From Ardenticatenales bacterium (GTDB taxonomy: Bacteria > Chloroflexota > Anaerolineae > Promineifilales > Promineifilaceae), in NCBI GenBank assembly GCA_020634515.1, contig JACKBL010000001.1:145268-209267 (forward strand): DNA of 64,000 nucleotides. Reading direction: 5' to 3'. Made by a program: the position numbers and the translations under genes. Under the pieces are notes generated by a model. That model saw only the letters and a program-made list of their open reading frames with translations. It ran no database searches and was not told where the DNA came from. Shown piece after piece: positions 28,895-38,945 of the stretch (position 1 is the stretch's first letter; every line of letters begins with the position of its first letter).

Positions 28895-31027
28895 ATGAAT
28901 TTACAAACTGTCGCTGCCCAAACGAATGTCCGTTTATTTCAAGTAGAAGCGGCGGTGGGGTTGCTGGATGCCGGCAATACCCTCCCCTTCATCGCCCGTT
29001 ATCGTAAAGAAGCCACCGGCGGCCTGGACGACGAACAACTGCGCCAGATCAGCCGCTTGCTGGACAGCCTGCGCGCCCTGGAAAAACGACGCCAGACCAT
29101 CCTGGACAGCATCACCGCCCAGGGACAGATCACCCCCGAACTGGCGCGCCAGCTACACGCCGCCACCACCCTCACCGAACTGGAAGACCTCTACCAGCCG
29201 TACAAGCCGAAGCGACGCACGCGCGCGACCGTGGCCCGCGAGCAGGGCCTGCAGCCCCTCGCCGACCTTATCCTGGCGCAGCCCCGTTCGCAAGAGAGCC
29301 TGGACAGGCTGGCGGCTCCCTTTTTGAACGAAACGATCGCCACCGCGGATGAGGCTTGGGCGGGCGCGCGCGACATTGTGGCGGAGGCGATTGGCGATCA
29401 CGCCGGCGTGCGCCAGCAGGCGCGGGAGAAGGCGCTGCGTTGGGGCAGTCTCGGCAGCAGTGTGTCACCTCAGGCCGCCGACGAGAAACAGGTTTTCCAG
29501 ATTTATTATGACTTTCAGGTTTCGCTGAGCCGCCTGCGTCCGCATCAGGTGTTGGCGCTCAATCGTGGCGAGCGGGAAAAGGTGCTGCGCGTGCGCATTG
29601 ATGTGCCGGAACGGGATTGGCGCGGCGCGCTTGATGCCCATTTTCGTCCACATCCCCGTTCTCCGCTGGCGGAGCAGCTTGCACTGGCCGCCGAGGATGC
29701 CGCGAAACGTTTGTTGTTGCCGGCAATTGAACGAGACATCCGCCGCACCCTCACCGAACAAGCCGAAGCCCACGCCATCCACGTCTTTGCCGTCAACCTG
29801 CGCAAATTGCTCATGCAACCTCCCCTGGCCGGGCAAACCGTCATGGGCATTGACCCCGGCTACCGCACCGGCTGCAAAGCGGCTATCGTGGACCCCACGG
29901 GCAAGGTGCTGGAGACGACCACCATCTATCCTCACCCGCCCCAGCGGCAGCAGGAGGTCGCCGCCAGAACGGTCGCCCATCTGGCACGCCGGCACGACGT
30001 CACCCTTTTTGCCATCGGCAATGGCACAGCTTCCCGCGAAACGGAGCAGTTGGTGGCGGATCTGATCCAGGGGGGACAGGTGGGGGAGGCGCAGTACCTG
30101 ATGGTGAACGAGGCGGGAGCCAGCGTCTACAGCGCCAGCGAACTGGCGCGCGCAGAGCTGCCGGAAATGGACGTGAGTATGCGTGGGGCGGTGTCCATTG
30201 CCCGCCGCGTGCAAGACCCCCTGGCGGAATTGGTTAAGATTGAGCCACGCGCCATTGGCATTGGTCTCTATCAGCATGATGTGAATCAGAAGCAGTTGGC
30301 GGAGGCGCTGGATGGGGTGGTGGAGAGTGTGGTGAATCAGGTGGGGGTGGATGTGAACACGGCTTCTCCCGCGCTGCTGCGGTATGTTGCCGGCATTGGT
30401 CCGAAACTGGCGCAAAAGATTGTGATGCATCGGGATGAGCAGGGTCCTTTCGTCGGCCGGGAGGAACTGACCCAGGTATCCGGCCTGGGACCAAAGGCGT
30501 TTGAGCAGGCGGCGGGCTTTTTGCGCGTGCGCCAGGGGGATAATCCGCTGGATGCCAGCGCCATCCACCCGGAGAGTTATGCGTTGGCGGCGGGGGTGTT
30601 GGCGCGGGTGGGCTTGACGCCGACGGCGTCACTGGCGGAGCGGGAAGCGGCGCTGGCGGGATGGCAGGAGCGGTCTCAGGTTGGGGTGTTGGCGGAGGAG
30701 TTAAATGCCGGCATTCCCACCCTCACCGACATCCTGGAACAACTGATCCGCCCGGGCCGCGACCCCCGCGCCGACCTGCCCGCCCCCCTGCTGCGCCGCG
30801 ACGTCCTCTCCCTGGAAGATTTGCGCCAGGGCATGCGGCTGCAAGGCACCGTGCGCAACGTCGTGGACTTTGGCGCATTCGTCGATATTGGCGTCAAACA
30901 AGATGGCCTGCTGCACCGCGGTCAGTGGCCGCGCCGCGAGCCACCCGGCGTCGGCGACATCATTGACGTCACCATCCTACAAGTGGAAATCGAACGCGGG
31001 CGCATCAGCCTCGGCTGGGCCGATTGA
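28895..31027 (+). CDS. tex: Transcription accessory protein Tex (YqgF/HhH/S1 domains)
   Basis: 710 aa. C-terminal S1 domain (GMRLQGTVRNVVDFGAFVDIGVKQDGLLH). Overall layout typical of Tex. Confidence 0.9.
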   Translation: MNLQTVAAQTNVRLFQVEAAVGLLDAGNTLPFIARYRKEATGGLDDEQLRQISRLLDSLRALEKRRQTILDSITAQGQITPELARQLHAATTLTELEDLYQPYKPKRRTRATVAREQGLQPLADLILAQPRSQESLDRLAAPFLNETIATADEAWAGARDIVAEAIGDHAGVRQQAREKALRWGSLGSSVSPQAADEKQVFQIYYDFQVSLSRLRPHQVLALNRGEREKVLRVRIDVPERDWRGALDAHFRPHPRSPLAEQLALAAEDAAKRLLLPAIERDIRRTLTEQAEAHAIHVFAVNLRKLLMQPPLAGQTVMGIDPGYRTGCKAAIVDPTGKVLETTTIYPHPPQRQQEVAARTVAHLARRHDVTLFAIGNGTASRETEQLVADLIQGGQVGEAQYLMVNEAGASVYSASELARAELPEMDVSMRGAVSIARRVQDPLAELVKIEPRAIGIGLYQHDVNQKQLAEALDGVVESVVNQVGVDVNTASPALLRYVAGIGPKLAQKIVMHRDEQGPFVGREELTQVSGLGPKAFEQAAGFLRVRQGDNPLDASAIHPESYALAAGVLARVGLTPTASLAEREAALAGWQERSQVGVLAEELNAGIPTLTDILEQLIRPGRDPRADLPAPLLRRDVLSLEDLRQGMRLQGTVRNVVDFGAFVDIGVKQDGLLHRGQWPRREPPGVGDIIDVTILQVEIERGRISLGWAD

Positions 31028-31097
31028 CCCGGCAAGGAAACGGAAAGGCGCGGTGCACTTGCCAGAAATGCGCCGCGCCTGATCGTGATGGAGCCAA

Positions 31098-32903
31098 CTA
31101 GCCCGCTTCGTGCCCGTTAGTTTCCGGGGCGAGCGACTTGCCCGCGGCCTGCTGCTGAATGAACATGCCCAACAAGGCATCCATCATCCCCGCGCCACCG
31201 CTGCCGCCACTGACGGCCACATCCGGCACAATCCGCACCTGGCGGTCGCCGACCACCTGCATCAGTTGCAACAAAGTGTACCCCTGCGCGCCCAGCGCCT
31301 GCACGCCGGCCTGGTATGCCTGCGCCCGCGCATTACCGATAGTGCGCACCGCTTCCGCTTCGCCCAGCGCCTGCAAGCGGGTGGCTTCTGCCTCACCCTG
31401 CGCCTGCTTGATGCGTGCCTGGCTTTGCAGATCGGCAATCGTCACGCCCTGCTCCGAACTCACCATGTCCCGCTGAATGTCGGCCATGGCCGTTTCCCGC
31501 ACCAGCGACTGCCGCTGCGCCTGCGCCTCGCGCTGCACTTCATACGTCTTGCGCTGCTCCTCGGCGATCTTGCGGTCCGTCTGCGTCAACATCAACTCCG
31601 CCGGCGGCGTGATGTCGCCGATCAGGGTGTCAATGGCTTGCACATCATAGGCGCGGATCGCGTCCCGAATGTGCTTGGCCGCCTCTACCTGCCGCTGGCT
31701 GCGGGCGCTGAGGAAGTCCAGCACCGTGTACTCCTGCGCAGAGTTGCGGAAGTAGTTGCCCACAATGGGCTGCAAAACGTGATCGACCAGGTTCTGCACG
31801 GAACCCACGCGGGAGATGACCTTGGGCGCATCCGGCGCGCCAATGTGGATGATCTGGGCCACATCCAGGTTGAAGGCGAAGCCGTCCTTGGAGCGTACCG
31901 TAATCGGCGATAGCTTGGCGTCATAGGCGTGCGCCTCCGTGCGCGAGGCCCAGTTGAGGACGATGTTGGTGGTGGGGACCAGTTCCACACGCATGACGCG
32001 CGTGTTGAGCGGGTGCTTGCCCGGATAGAGGGGCGTGATCCAGACGCCCTTGTGCCCCGGATCGACCAGATTGCCATGCTTGAAGGATTCGCCGCTGACG
32101 TCCAGGTGTTCCTTGCCCACGAAGGAGATGACGATGCCCACGTGACCGATGGGGATTTCCGTCATGGGGGCCTGCTCTACTTGCACAAACCAGGGGTTCA
32201 AGTTCCAGGAGCCGGAGAGGAGTACCTGTTCCTGCAAGCCACGCCGCCCGCCTTTGTCGAGGAAGGCTTGCGCGTCCTGGAAGTTGTTGTGGTCGTAGAT
32301 GATGGGGCCGGCGATCTCGCCTTCTTCGATGGGTTCGCCGTCCATGGTGGTGACGATGCCCACGCGGTCGGGATGCACTTCGTAGACGAGAAGCTGCCGC
32401 GGGTCCATACCGTAGGCTTCGGCGGTGGCGGCGGTGATGACGGTGAAGAGGGCTGTGTTGATGCGGTAGGTTCCGGCGGTGAGAAGGCCTAATTGTCGCC
32501 CTTTTTCGCCGCCGTTCTGCAAAAAGGCGCGGGCGTCCTGGAAGTTGCCACAGGGCACATTTTTGCCCAAAATGCGCTGCGGGGGAATGGCTGCGCCGTC
32601 GGCAGCGATGACCAGACCAATTTGCCCGGCGGGGACGATGATGACGGGCTGTTTGACGACGCGGAACATCCAGGGGAAGTAGCCGAAGTGCCAGCCAGGG
32701 GGGAGGGTGTTCGCCTGGTAGCCGGCTTCCCGATTCAGGGCGACGAGCTGGCCTGCCGGCAAACCACGGCCAAATTTACGAATGACGATGCCGACTTCGT
32801 CTTCTTTGACGACGACCAGACCGACGATCTGTTTCACGAAGACGAGCGCGGCGAGTAGGAGGACGAATAGAAAAGCGAGCCAGGGGAGCAGAGAGCTAAA
32901 CAT
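31098..32903 (-). CDS. Flotillin-like SPFH/Band-7 domain membrane protein
   Basis: N-terminal TM helix, SPFH domain, and a long C-terminal EA/Q-rich coiled-coil region (…AEEQRKTYEVQREAQAQRQ…GEAEATRLQALGEAEAV…). Confidence 0.85.
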   Translation of the reverse strand: MFSSLLPWLAFLFVLLLAALVFVKQIVGLVVVKEDEVGIVIRKFGRGLPAGQLVALNREAGYQANTLPPGWHFGYFPWMFRVVKQPVIIVPAGQIGLVIAADGAAIPPQRILGKNVPCGNFQDARAFLQNGGEKGRQLGLLTAGTYRINTALFTVITAATAEAYGMDPRQLLVYEVHPDRVGIVTTMDGEPIEEGEIAGPIIYDHNNFQDAQAFLDKGGRRGLQEQVLLSGSWNLNPWFVQVEQAPMTEIPIGHVGIVISFVGKEHLDVSGESFKHGNLVDPGHKGVWITPLYPGKHPLNTRVMRVELVPTTNIVLNWASRTEAHAYDAKLSPITVRSKDGFAFNLDVAQIIHIGAPDAPKVISRVGSVQNLVDHVLQPIVGNYFRNSAQEYTVLDFLSARSQRQVEAAKHIRDAIRAYDVQAIDTLIGDITPPAELMLTQTDRKIAEEQRKTYEVQREAQAQRQSLVRETAMADIQRDMVSSEQGVTIADLQSQARIKQAQGEAEATRLQALGEAEAVRTIGNARAQAYQAGVQALGAQGYTLLQLMQVVGDRQVRIVPDVAVSGGSGGAGMMDALLGMFIQQQAAGKSLAPETNGHEAG

Positions 32904-33213
32904 GGGTTTTCCTTGCCAAAGAGAGATGACGCGGCAAAGCGCGGCGCACCCGGGGATGGATGCCGTGCCGGCATTTCACGCCAACAAAGCAGCATACGAC
33001 AAATTGCGAGTAAGGATGGGGGAACAGACAGCCAACCGGCTTATGGGGGGGAATAAATGGGGAACATGACCAACCACCTCCTGGCGCGACAACAACGATC
33101 ACCGACTGCCGCCAATCAGTCATTTCAGGCGATCTGACCAGAAAATACGCGGAAATATTACAAAATTTCCGCTCTCGTGTCAATATATGGGGGGAGCGTG
33201 GTAGCGGGCGTCC

Positions 33214-33894
33214 CTATGTTGAGATGGTGTGTGGCTTGCTCTCTCTTACTTCCCACAAATCATCATGCTTATCTGAGAACCAAAGCTCGACGTACTTCAA
33301 ACGCAGTTCGGTTGGTTCATCATTTCCGGTTACTGTTGAATACGAGTAGTGAATAACCGGTAGATTGAAGTCTGTTCTACAATGCCTAACCTGGTGATGT
33401 AACCTTGCCACATCTCCCATAGTGGTTGTGTTGGGGCAAATGCAGATGAACATACCTGTATACTTCAATTCAGCAAGCAACAATCTGGCAAAGTCATGAT
33501 AGCGTGGCTGTACTTCGTTAAACTGGCGTATTTGGTGTCCATCACACGCGACGGATAAAGGGGGTCCAAAGAAAATGGCATCATCCTCAATGAAGTTACG
33601 CAACAGGCCTTTATCCAGGGCATCTCCACAATAACACGCAATCCCCTGTTTCCGATTTGCGGCCACAATACTTGCTTCGATGTCCAGTCCTCGATAAGTC
33701 TGCATATTCAGATATTTTGAGTACGCTTGAAACTGCCTTGTGCAATCACCACAGCAGATTTCCGCAATTGTATTTACGGAGGGAACCAATTCCCTCAATA
33801 GAGAAACCCTTTGAAGGATCGTCTGGGAATTTGTACGAGCGAAAGATTTTCTATTTAGATCAGGCGTTTGATACATCCCATTCAACTCACTCAT
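33214..33894 (-). CDS. Hypothetical protein in a low-GC islet, possibly a class I SAM-methyltransferase-like fold
   Basis: Local GC about 46%. Weak MTase-like motif order: EICCGDC (motif I-like), YRGLDIEASIVAANRK, CYCGDALD, AIFFGPPLS (DPPY-like position). A Family A repeat sits immediately upstream of its start. Confidence 0.5.
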   Translation of the reverse strand: MSELNGMYQTPDLNRKSFARTNSQTILQRVSLLRELVPSVNTIAEICCGDCTRQFQAYSKYLNMQTYRGLDIEASIVAANRKQGIACYCGDALDKGLLRNFIEDDAIFFGPPLSVACDGHQIRQFNEVQPRYHDFARLLLAELKYTGMFICICPNTTTMGDVARLHHQVRHCRTDFNLPVIHYSYSTVTGNDEPTELRLKYVELWFSDKHDDLWEVRESKPHTIST

Positions 33895-33904
33895 GAGGCA
33901 GTAT

Positions 33905-33992
33905 TTTATCTTGTTGAGTAACTGCTAGGCCAGATTGGACCAATTTCACCAGAGAAAATTGGTCCAATCTCCAGAGAGCGTTAGTAGTTCCG
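33905..33992. repeat. Family A repeat (full copy, two inverted ATTGGaCCAAT cores)
   Basis: gtaactgctaggccagattggaccaatttcaccagagaaaattggtccaatctccagagagcgttagtagttcc. Confidence 0.6.
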
Positions 33993-34054
33993 CGAAACGA
34001 AGAGTTCTACCCCGCTCGCATAGTTCACTTCAGTCTACCCGGAACGTTTTCTCG

Positions 34055-34612
34055 TTATGTGCTCAATTGCTTCATGGGGATGATCAATAACGCCTGAATG
34101 TAATCCGCCATCTCCTCTTTCGAGCAAATCATCCCCGATTCCAACCACCAGCGCATGAGGCTGATCATCGTCGAGGCGAAGTGATGCGCCATCAACTCAT
34201 CTGGAATACGAGGGCAATGAAATGTTTGCCGACCATCTTCCAGGCCAATGGCTACCGCGGCACTCAGCAGATGATCGGACGCGGGGCTGTTCAGGAGCGT
34301 CATGAACAATTCCGCATGTGTTTCAATGTATGTTAAGACGGTCATCGTGTTTTGTTGTGTTGCTCTTTCATCGGATGGCGGCAGCAGCAACGACTGCACC
34401 CTACCGAGGATGTCGTCAACAAGCGACTGCAACAGCGCCTCTCTATTCTCATAATGGCGAAAAAACGTCTTGTACCCAACCTGTGCTTCACGAGTAATAT
34501 CACGAATGGTGATCTCATGATAAGGTTGACTATTCGCCAGCGCGATCAGCGATTCTTGTAGAAGGCGGCGTGTTCGTTGTACGCGTAGATCATTTTCATT
34601 CATCACTTTCAT
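34055..34612 (-). CDS. TetR-family transcriptional regulator
   Basis: N-terminal HTH ...SLIALANSQPYHEITIRDITREAQVGYKTFFRHYENRE.... Start at MKVMNEN (ATG 34612, AGAGAG RBS). Confidence 0.85.
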   Translation of the reverse strand: MKVMNENDLRVQRTRRLLQESLIALANSQPYHEITIRDITREAQVGYKTFFRHYENREALLQSLVDDILGRVQSLLLPPSDERATQQNTMTVLTYIETHAELFMTLLNSPASDHLLSAAVAIGLEDGRQTFHCPRIPDELMAHHFASTMISLMRWWLESGMICSKEEMADYIQALLIIPMKQLST

Positions 34613-34725
34613 TATACACTCTCTTGACCCCAAATGGTACTTATGATACATTGTGGGCTACAATTAAGACCCATCAAAGGTCTTAAGGAATCCCATAGGT
34701 CACAAAAATCAAGAGGAAAAGAAGG

Positions 34726-35472
34726 ATGCGCCGTTTAAGAAACAGAACCGTTGTTATTGCTTTGTTGGTGGTTTTGCTCGTTCTGATGGGTTGTGACAAC
34801 AATGACACGCCCGCGGTTTCAGATGGAGGGGGCAGCCACACGGCAAGCAGTAATGGGCATCGGCCTGAAATCGATATGCCCAGCCCCATCGAACTCGACC
34901 CAAGCAGAGGGCAAGAGATTGGTTCGGTATTTGAAGCCTTTCTCACGCCTCATCAAGAAGGAGGGGAGGAAGAGGATACCCCCGAAACGGTTCCCGACAT
35001 CTTCAAATCGACTCAGCCATCCGTCCTCCGCGACGAGCGCCCATCCCGTGGTCACGGCGTTCTCTCTTTTACCAAAGACTTGAGCAGAGCATATGTTCAC
35101 ATCGCTATCGAAAATGTCAATCCCGAGGACATTGTGATGTTCCATATCCATTGCGGCAAGCCGGGACAGTTGGGGCCGATTCTCATCAATTTTGCCCTGG
35201 CGGGGAATATCAATGAGTATTGGGCTGACAATGTTCTGACTTTAGAATTGACCAATAAGGATATTGAGGCGGTTACGGAACATGCCACAGGTGTCGTGGG
35301 GGCGCTGACGGATGGATGCCCCATTGTTCCGACGCTGCCGACGGACAAGGTGAAGACGATTGCCGGCATGGAGATGATAGCGCGAGAAGGGGAGCTTTAC
35401 TTTAACTTGCACACTGCCGCACAAACATTTTTTGGCGATATTCGGGGACAGTTGCAGCAAGTAGGGGATTAG
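34726..35472 (+). CDS. CHRD-domain lipoprotein
   Basis: Signal peptide plus lipobox (VLLVLMGC). CHRD-like core ...AYVHIAIENVNPEDIVMFHIHCGKPGQLGPILINF...ELYFNLHTAAQ. Confidence 0.7.
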   Translation: MRRLRNRTVVIALLVVLLVLMGCDNNDTPAVSDGGGSHTASSNGHRPEIDMPSPIELDPSRGQEIGSVFEAFLTPHQEGGEEEDTPETVPDIFKSTQPSVLRDERPSRGHGVLSFTKDLSRAYVHIAIENVNPEDIVMFHIHCGKPGQLGPILINFALAGNINEYWADNVLTLELTNKDIEAVTEHATGVVGALTDGCPIVPTLPTDKVKTIAGMEMIAREGELYFNLHTAAQTFFGDIRGQLQQVGD

Positions 35473-35684
35473 GGCGTTGCAAACCTGGCTGCAAGCAAAA
35501 TCGAGCATACCGTTTAGGCCGCATCCGTATTTTAGATTGGAAATGACGAATGCGCTGGAAGGGGTCTTGCTTGTCGGATAGTCCCAAGTTGATTTTGCAC
35601 GAACCCTGCGGACTGGCGCTACAATTCATAGCGGTGTCTGACGGATATTGACTTTTACGCTGCGGCGCGCCGGGAGTTGCGTGG

Positions 35685-37271
35685 TCAGGTTGGCAGGTTG
35701 TACCGTTGCCGGCATAACTGGCGATAAGCGGCTTCTTCTTGTTCCCAGCGGTCGTCGTCCCAGCCAAGTTCCGGTTGGGCGATGGCCCGAATCTCGTGGA
35801 GGCAGTCGAGGCCACCGCGCGGCAGCAGCAGTCCCAGACGCACACGCCGCAGCAGCAGATCTTCCAGGTGGACGACGCCTTCGGCGCGGGCGGCCCAACG
35901 CAGTTCGGCCCAGAGGTTGATGCTGTCGGCGATGAAGGTGAGTTCATGGGGGGCGGCGGCGGCGAGTAATGCCGGCATATCCCGACCATATCGCCCCGCC
36001 AATCGCAACTTCATCCCCGGCTGCAAACCATCCGCCAACGACCCTGGATCGGCGGGTTCATCCAGCACGCGGTCCCGCTCCCGAAACGCCGGTTTGCCCG
36101 GCAGTTCCCGCCGCACCTGGTTCAGGGCATCATGCGCCATCACGCGGAAGGTGGTCAGCTTGCCGCCGGCCACGGTGAGCAACCCATCTTCGCGCCAGAG
36201 AACGTGTTCGCGGGATTCTTTGGAGGGGTCCGCTTTGCCGGTGTCGATGACGGGACGAATGCCGGCAAACGTACTCACGACATCCTCCTCCGCCAACGCC
36301 AATGCCGGGAACGCAGCCGTCAGCCCCGTAAACAAATAATCCATCTCCGCGCTGCTCATACCCGGATCGTGCAGATTGGGCGCATCGTGGTCCACGTCCG
36401 TCGTGCCAAACAACGTTACCCCTTCCCAGGGAATGGCAAACACGGGGCGCTGGTCCGTGGGATGAGCGAAACTGATCGCGCGCGTCAACGGAAACCGCCG
36501 CGCGGAGAAAACCAGGTGGCTGCCGCGCAGTTGGCGCAACCGTTCGTCGCCGCCAATTTGCCGCCGCAGTCCATCCGCCCAGGCCCCCGTGGCATTGATC
36601 ACCACGTGGGCCTGCACTTCCGCGTCACGCCCGCCGCCCGCCGGCGACGCATCGCGCAACCTCACGCCACAAACCTGCCCATCCCGCCGCCGCGGCAGCC
36701 CCGTCACCGGCGCGTAGTTGAGGGCGACGCCCCCATCCGCCACGCCTTCACGAATAACGCGCAGCACCAGGCGCGCATCATCCGTTTGCGCGTCGAAATA
36801 GCGGAAGCCGCCCGCCAGATTCTCCGTGGTCAGATGAGGGGCCAGATGCAGAATGCCCTCGTTATCATACCGTTTGTGTCCCCATTTCAGCCCCAGCAGG
36901 TCATAGATAGCCAACCCTGCGCCAAACATCCACGGCGGCACTTTGTCACCGTGGAAGTGGACGTAGAGGAAGCCCAAAGGCTGCACCAGACCCCGTCCTT
37001 CCTCCAGCAGCCGTTCTCGCTCCCCCACGGATTCCACCGTGACCCTGAGCTGCGCGTTTTTCAGGTAGCGCAGGCCACCATGCACCAGTTTGGAAGAGCG
37101 GCTGGAGGTGCCGCAGGCAAAGTCCCGCGCCTCCACCAGCAGCACGCGCAGTCCCGCGCGCGCCGCCTCGCGGAAAATACCCGCGCCCGTAATCCCGCCA
37201 CCGATGACGACCACATCCCACGGATGCGCTAATTGCGCCCAAACTGTGTCACGCCAATCCCCGCTCCACAT
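35685..37271 (-). CDS. FAD-dependent glycerol-3-phosphate dehydrogenase (GlpD/GlpA family)
   Basis: DVVVIGGGITGAGIFREAARAGLRVLLVEARDFACGTSSRSSKLVHGGLRYL is the N-terminal signature of G3P dehydrogenases. Confidence 0.85.
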   Translation of the reverse strand: MWSGDWRDTVWAQLAHPWDVVVIGGGITGAGIFREAARAGLRVLLVEARDFACGTSSRSSKLVHGGLRYLKNAQLRVTVESVGERERLLEEGRGLVQPLGFLYVHFHGDKVPPWMFGAGLAIYDLLGLKWGHKRYDNEGILHLAPHLTTENLAGGFRYFDAQTDDARLVLRVIREGVADGGVALNYAPVTGLPRRRDGQVCGVRLRDASPAGGGRDAEVQAHVVINATGAWADGLRRQIGGDERLRQLRGSHLVFSARRFPLTRAISFAHPTDQRPVFAIPWEGVTLFGTTDVDHDAPNLHDPGMSSAEMDYLFTGLTAAFPALALAEEDVVSTFAGIRPVIDTGKADPSKESREHVLWREDGLLTVAGGKLTTFRVMAHDALNQVRRELPGKPAFRERDRVLDEPADPGSLADGLQPGMKLRLAGRYGRDMPALLAAAAPHELTFIADSINLWAELRWAARAEGVVHLEDLLLRRVRLGLLLPRGGLDCLHEIRAIAQPELGWDDDRWEQEEAAYRQLCRQRYNLPT

Positions 37272-37284
37272 AATCTTTTCCCTT

Positions 37285-37335
37285 CTGCCCCAGCTTTCGT
37301 GGAAGCTCGATACACCTTCCGGGAAGGTGTGCGTT
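37285..37335. repeat. Family B hairpin repeat (short copy)
   Basis: cgtggaagctcgatacaccttccgggaaggtgtgcg. Confidence 0.45.
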
Positions 37336-37337
37336 AC

Positions 37338-38945
37338 CTATATTTCCTCCGCGTCCGCCAGCAGTTTGCCCGGATTCATCATGCCCTCCGGGTCGAAGAG
37401 GCGGCGCACATTTTCCAGAACGCTCATGCCCAGGGGGCCTTTTTCTGCCGGCAAATACGGCGCATGATCCATTCCCACCCCATGTTGATGGCTGATCGTG
37501 CCCTGGTGGGCCACGATCTCCTGACTGGCTCGCCGCTTCATTTCGTGCCAATGCCCCAACGTCCGCGCCGGATCGGCATTACGGCGGAAAAGATAGGTGA
37601 CATAAATACTGGCCCCATCGTTGTAGACGTGCGAGAGGTGCGCGAAAACCAGCACCTGTTCTTCCGCGTCCGCGCTGGCGGCGGCGATGGCCGATTTAAG
37701 CGCGGCGGCGGTGTCCATGACGGCGGACCAGGGTACGGCCGTCTCCAGAGTGTCCACGGCGTAGCCATGCTCCCACAGGGTATTACGCAAATAGGGGTTG
37801 CGGAAGCGGCTGTGTTCCCAGATTTTGCCGATGGTCTGGCCCGTGGGCAGGCCGCCGTGCTGCCGGATGAGGCTGTTGGCGCGGCGCAGCGCGGCGGCGG
37901 TGAGGCGGCTGTCTCCGGTGACGCCGTAGAGGAGGAGGCAGCGTTCGTCGCCGTAGCTGAGCAAGTTGAGGCCGCGGTCCGCCCATTGCAGAAGCTGCTC
38001 TTTGCCCGACAGCGTGAGGGTGACTTCTGTCTCTTGCGCGTCGCTGAGGCGGAGCATGGAGAGGGGGACTTTGGCCTGCACGATGTCTCGCACGGCGGCC
38101 ACGCCTGTTTCCCAATCGCGGAAGAAAGCGGCGTGGAAGCTCTCGGTCTGGGGCAGTGGGCGAATGCGTACGGTCACATCGGTGATGATGCCCAGGCGGC
38201 CCTCGCTGCCGAGGATGAGGTGGCGCAAATCGGGTCCGGCGGCGCTGGCGGGCAGGGGATGGATGTCCAGAGGCCCGACAGGGGTTTCCAGGTGCGCGCC
38301 GGCGAATAACTCTTCGATGCGCCCGTAGTAGTAGGATTGCTGCCCGCTGGAGCGGGTGGCGACCCAGCCGCCGAGGGAGGCGTATTCAAACGATTGCGGG
38401 AAGTGGCCGAGGGTGTAGCCACGGGCGTGCAGGGCGGCTTCCAGGTCGGGGCCGAGGATGCCCGCGCCGAAGGTTGCCAGTCGGCTTTCTTCGTCCAGTT
38501 CCCGCAGGGCGTTGAGGCGGGAGAGGTTGATGGTGAGGATGGGCACGTCGCTGGGCAGGGGGTTAATGTGCCCGACGACGCTGGTTCCGCCGCCGTAGGG
38601 GATGAGGTTGATGTGGTGTTCCTGGGCAAAGGTGAGTAGGGCGCGCACGTCTTCGCGGCTGGTGGGGTAGGCGACGCCGTCGGGGAAGGCGTCGATGTAG
38701 CCGGAGCGAAAGGCGATCCAGTCGGGCAGGCTTTGGCCGCGGGCGTGGCGGGCGCGCTCGGCGGGGTCGGTGGTGATGAGGGGGTGCGCGGGCAGGCGCG
38801 TGGGGGGCACGCGGGCGACGACGTCGGTGAATGCGGCGTCGGGGTAGGGTGTGCCGGGGCCGATTTTTTGGGCGAGATAGGTGGCGGCGGATGCCGGCAT
38901 TTCCATTACAACCATCTCATCTCCCCAACCATTCCATCGTTTCAT
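37338..38945 (-). CDS. FAD-linked oxidase, alkyldihydroxyacetonephosphate synthase-like (AGPS/GlcD superfamily)
   Basis: N-terminal MKRWNGWGD (WNGWG motif typical of AGPS-like proteins). PCMH-type FAD-binding domain (EDVRALLTFAQEHHINLIPYGGGTSVVGH). GGGAGGG RBS. Confidence 0.8.
   Translation of the reverse strand: MKRWNGWGDEMVVMEMPASAATYLAQKIGPGTPYPDAAFTDVVARVPPTRLPAHPLITTDPAERARHARGQSLPDWIAFRSGYIDAFPDGVAYPTSREDVRALLTFAQEHHINLIPYGGGTSVVGHINPLPSDVPILTINLSRLNALRELDEESRLATFGAGILGPDLEAALHARGYTLGHFPQSFEYASLGGWVATRSSGQQSYYYGRIEELFAGAHLETPVGPLDIHPLPASAAGPDLRHLILGSEGRLGIITDVTVRIRPLPQTESFHAAFFRDWETGVAAVRDIVQAKVPLSMLRLSDAQETEVTLTLSGKEQLLQWADRGLNLLSYGDERCLLLYGVTGDSRLTAAALRRANSLIRQHGGLPTGQTIGKIWEHSRFRNPYLRNTLWEHGYAVDTLETAVPWSAVMDTAAALKSAIAAASADAEEQVLVFAHLSHVYNDGASIYVTYLFRRNADPARTLGHWHEMKRRASQEIVAHQGTISHQHGVGMDHAPYLPAEKGPLGMSVLENVRRLFDPEGMMNPGKLLADAEEI

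Noticed and set aside
35402-35989. 195-aa minus-strand ORF in the CHRD/glpD intergenic region
   Set aside because: Low-complexity Pro/Cys/Ala-rich product that overlaps the end of glpD, with no start signal. It is a shadow ORF.
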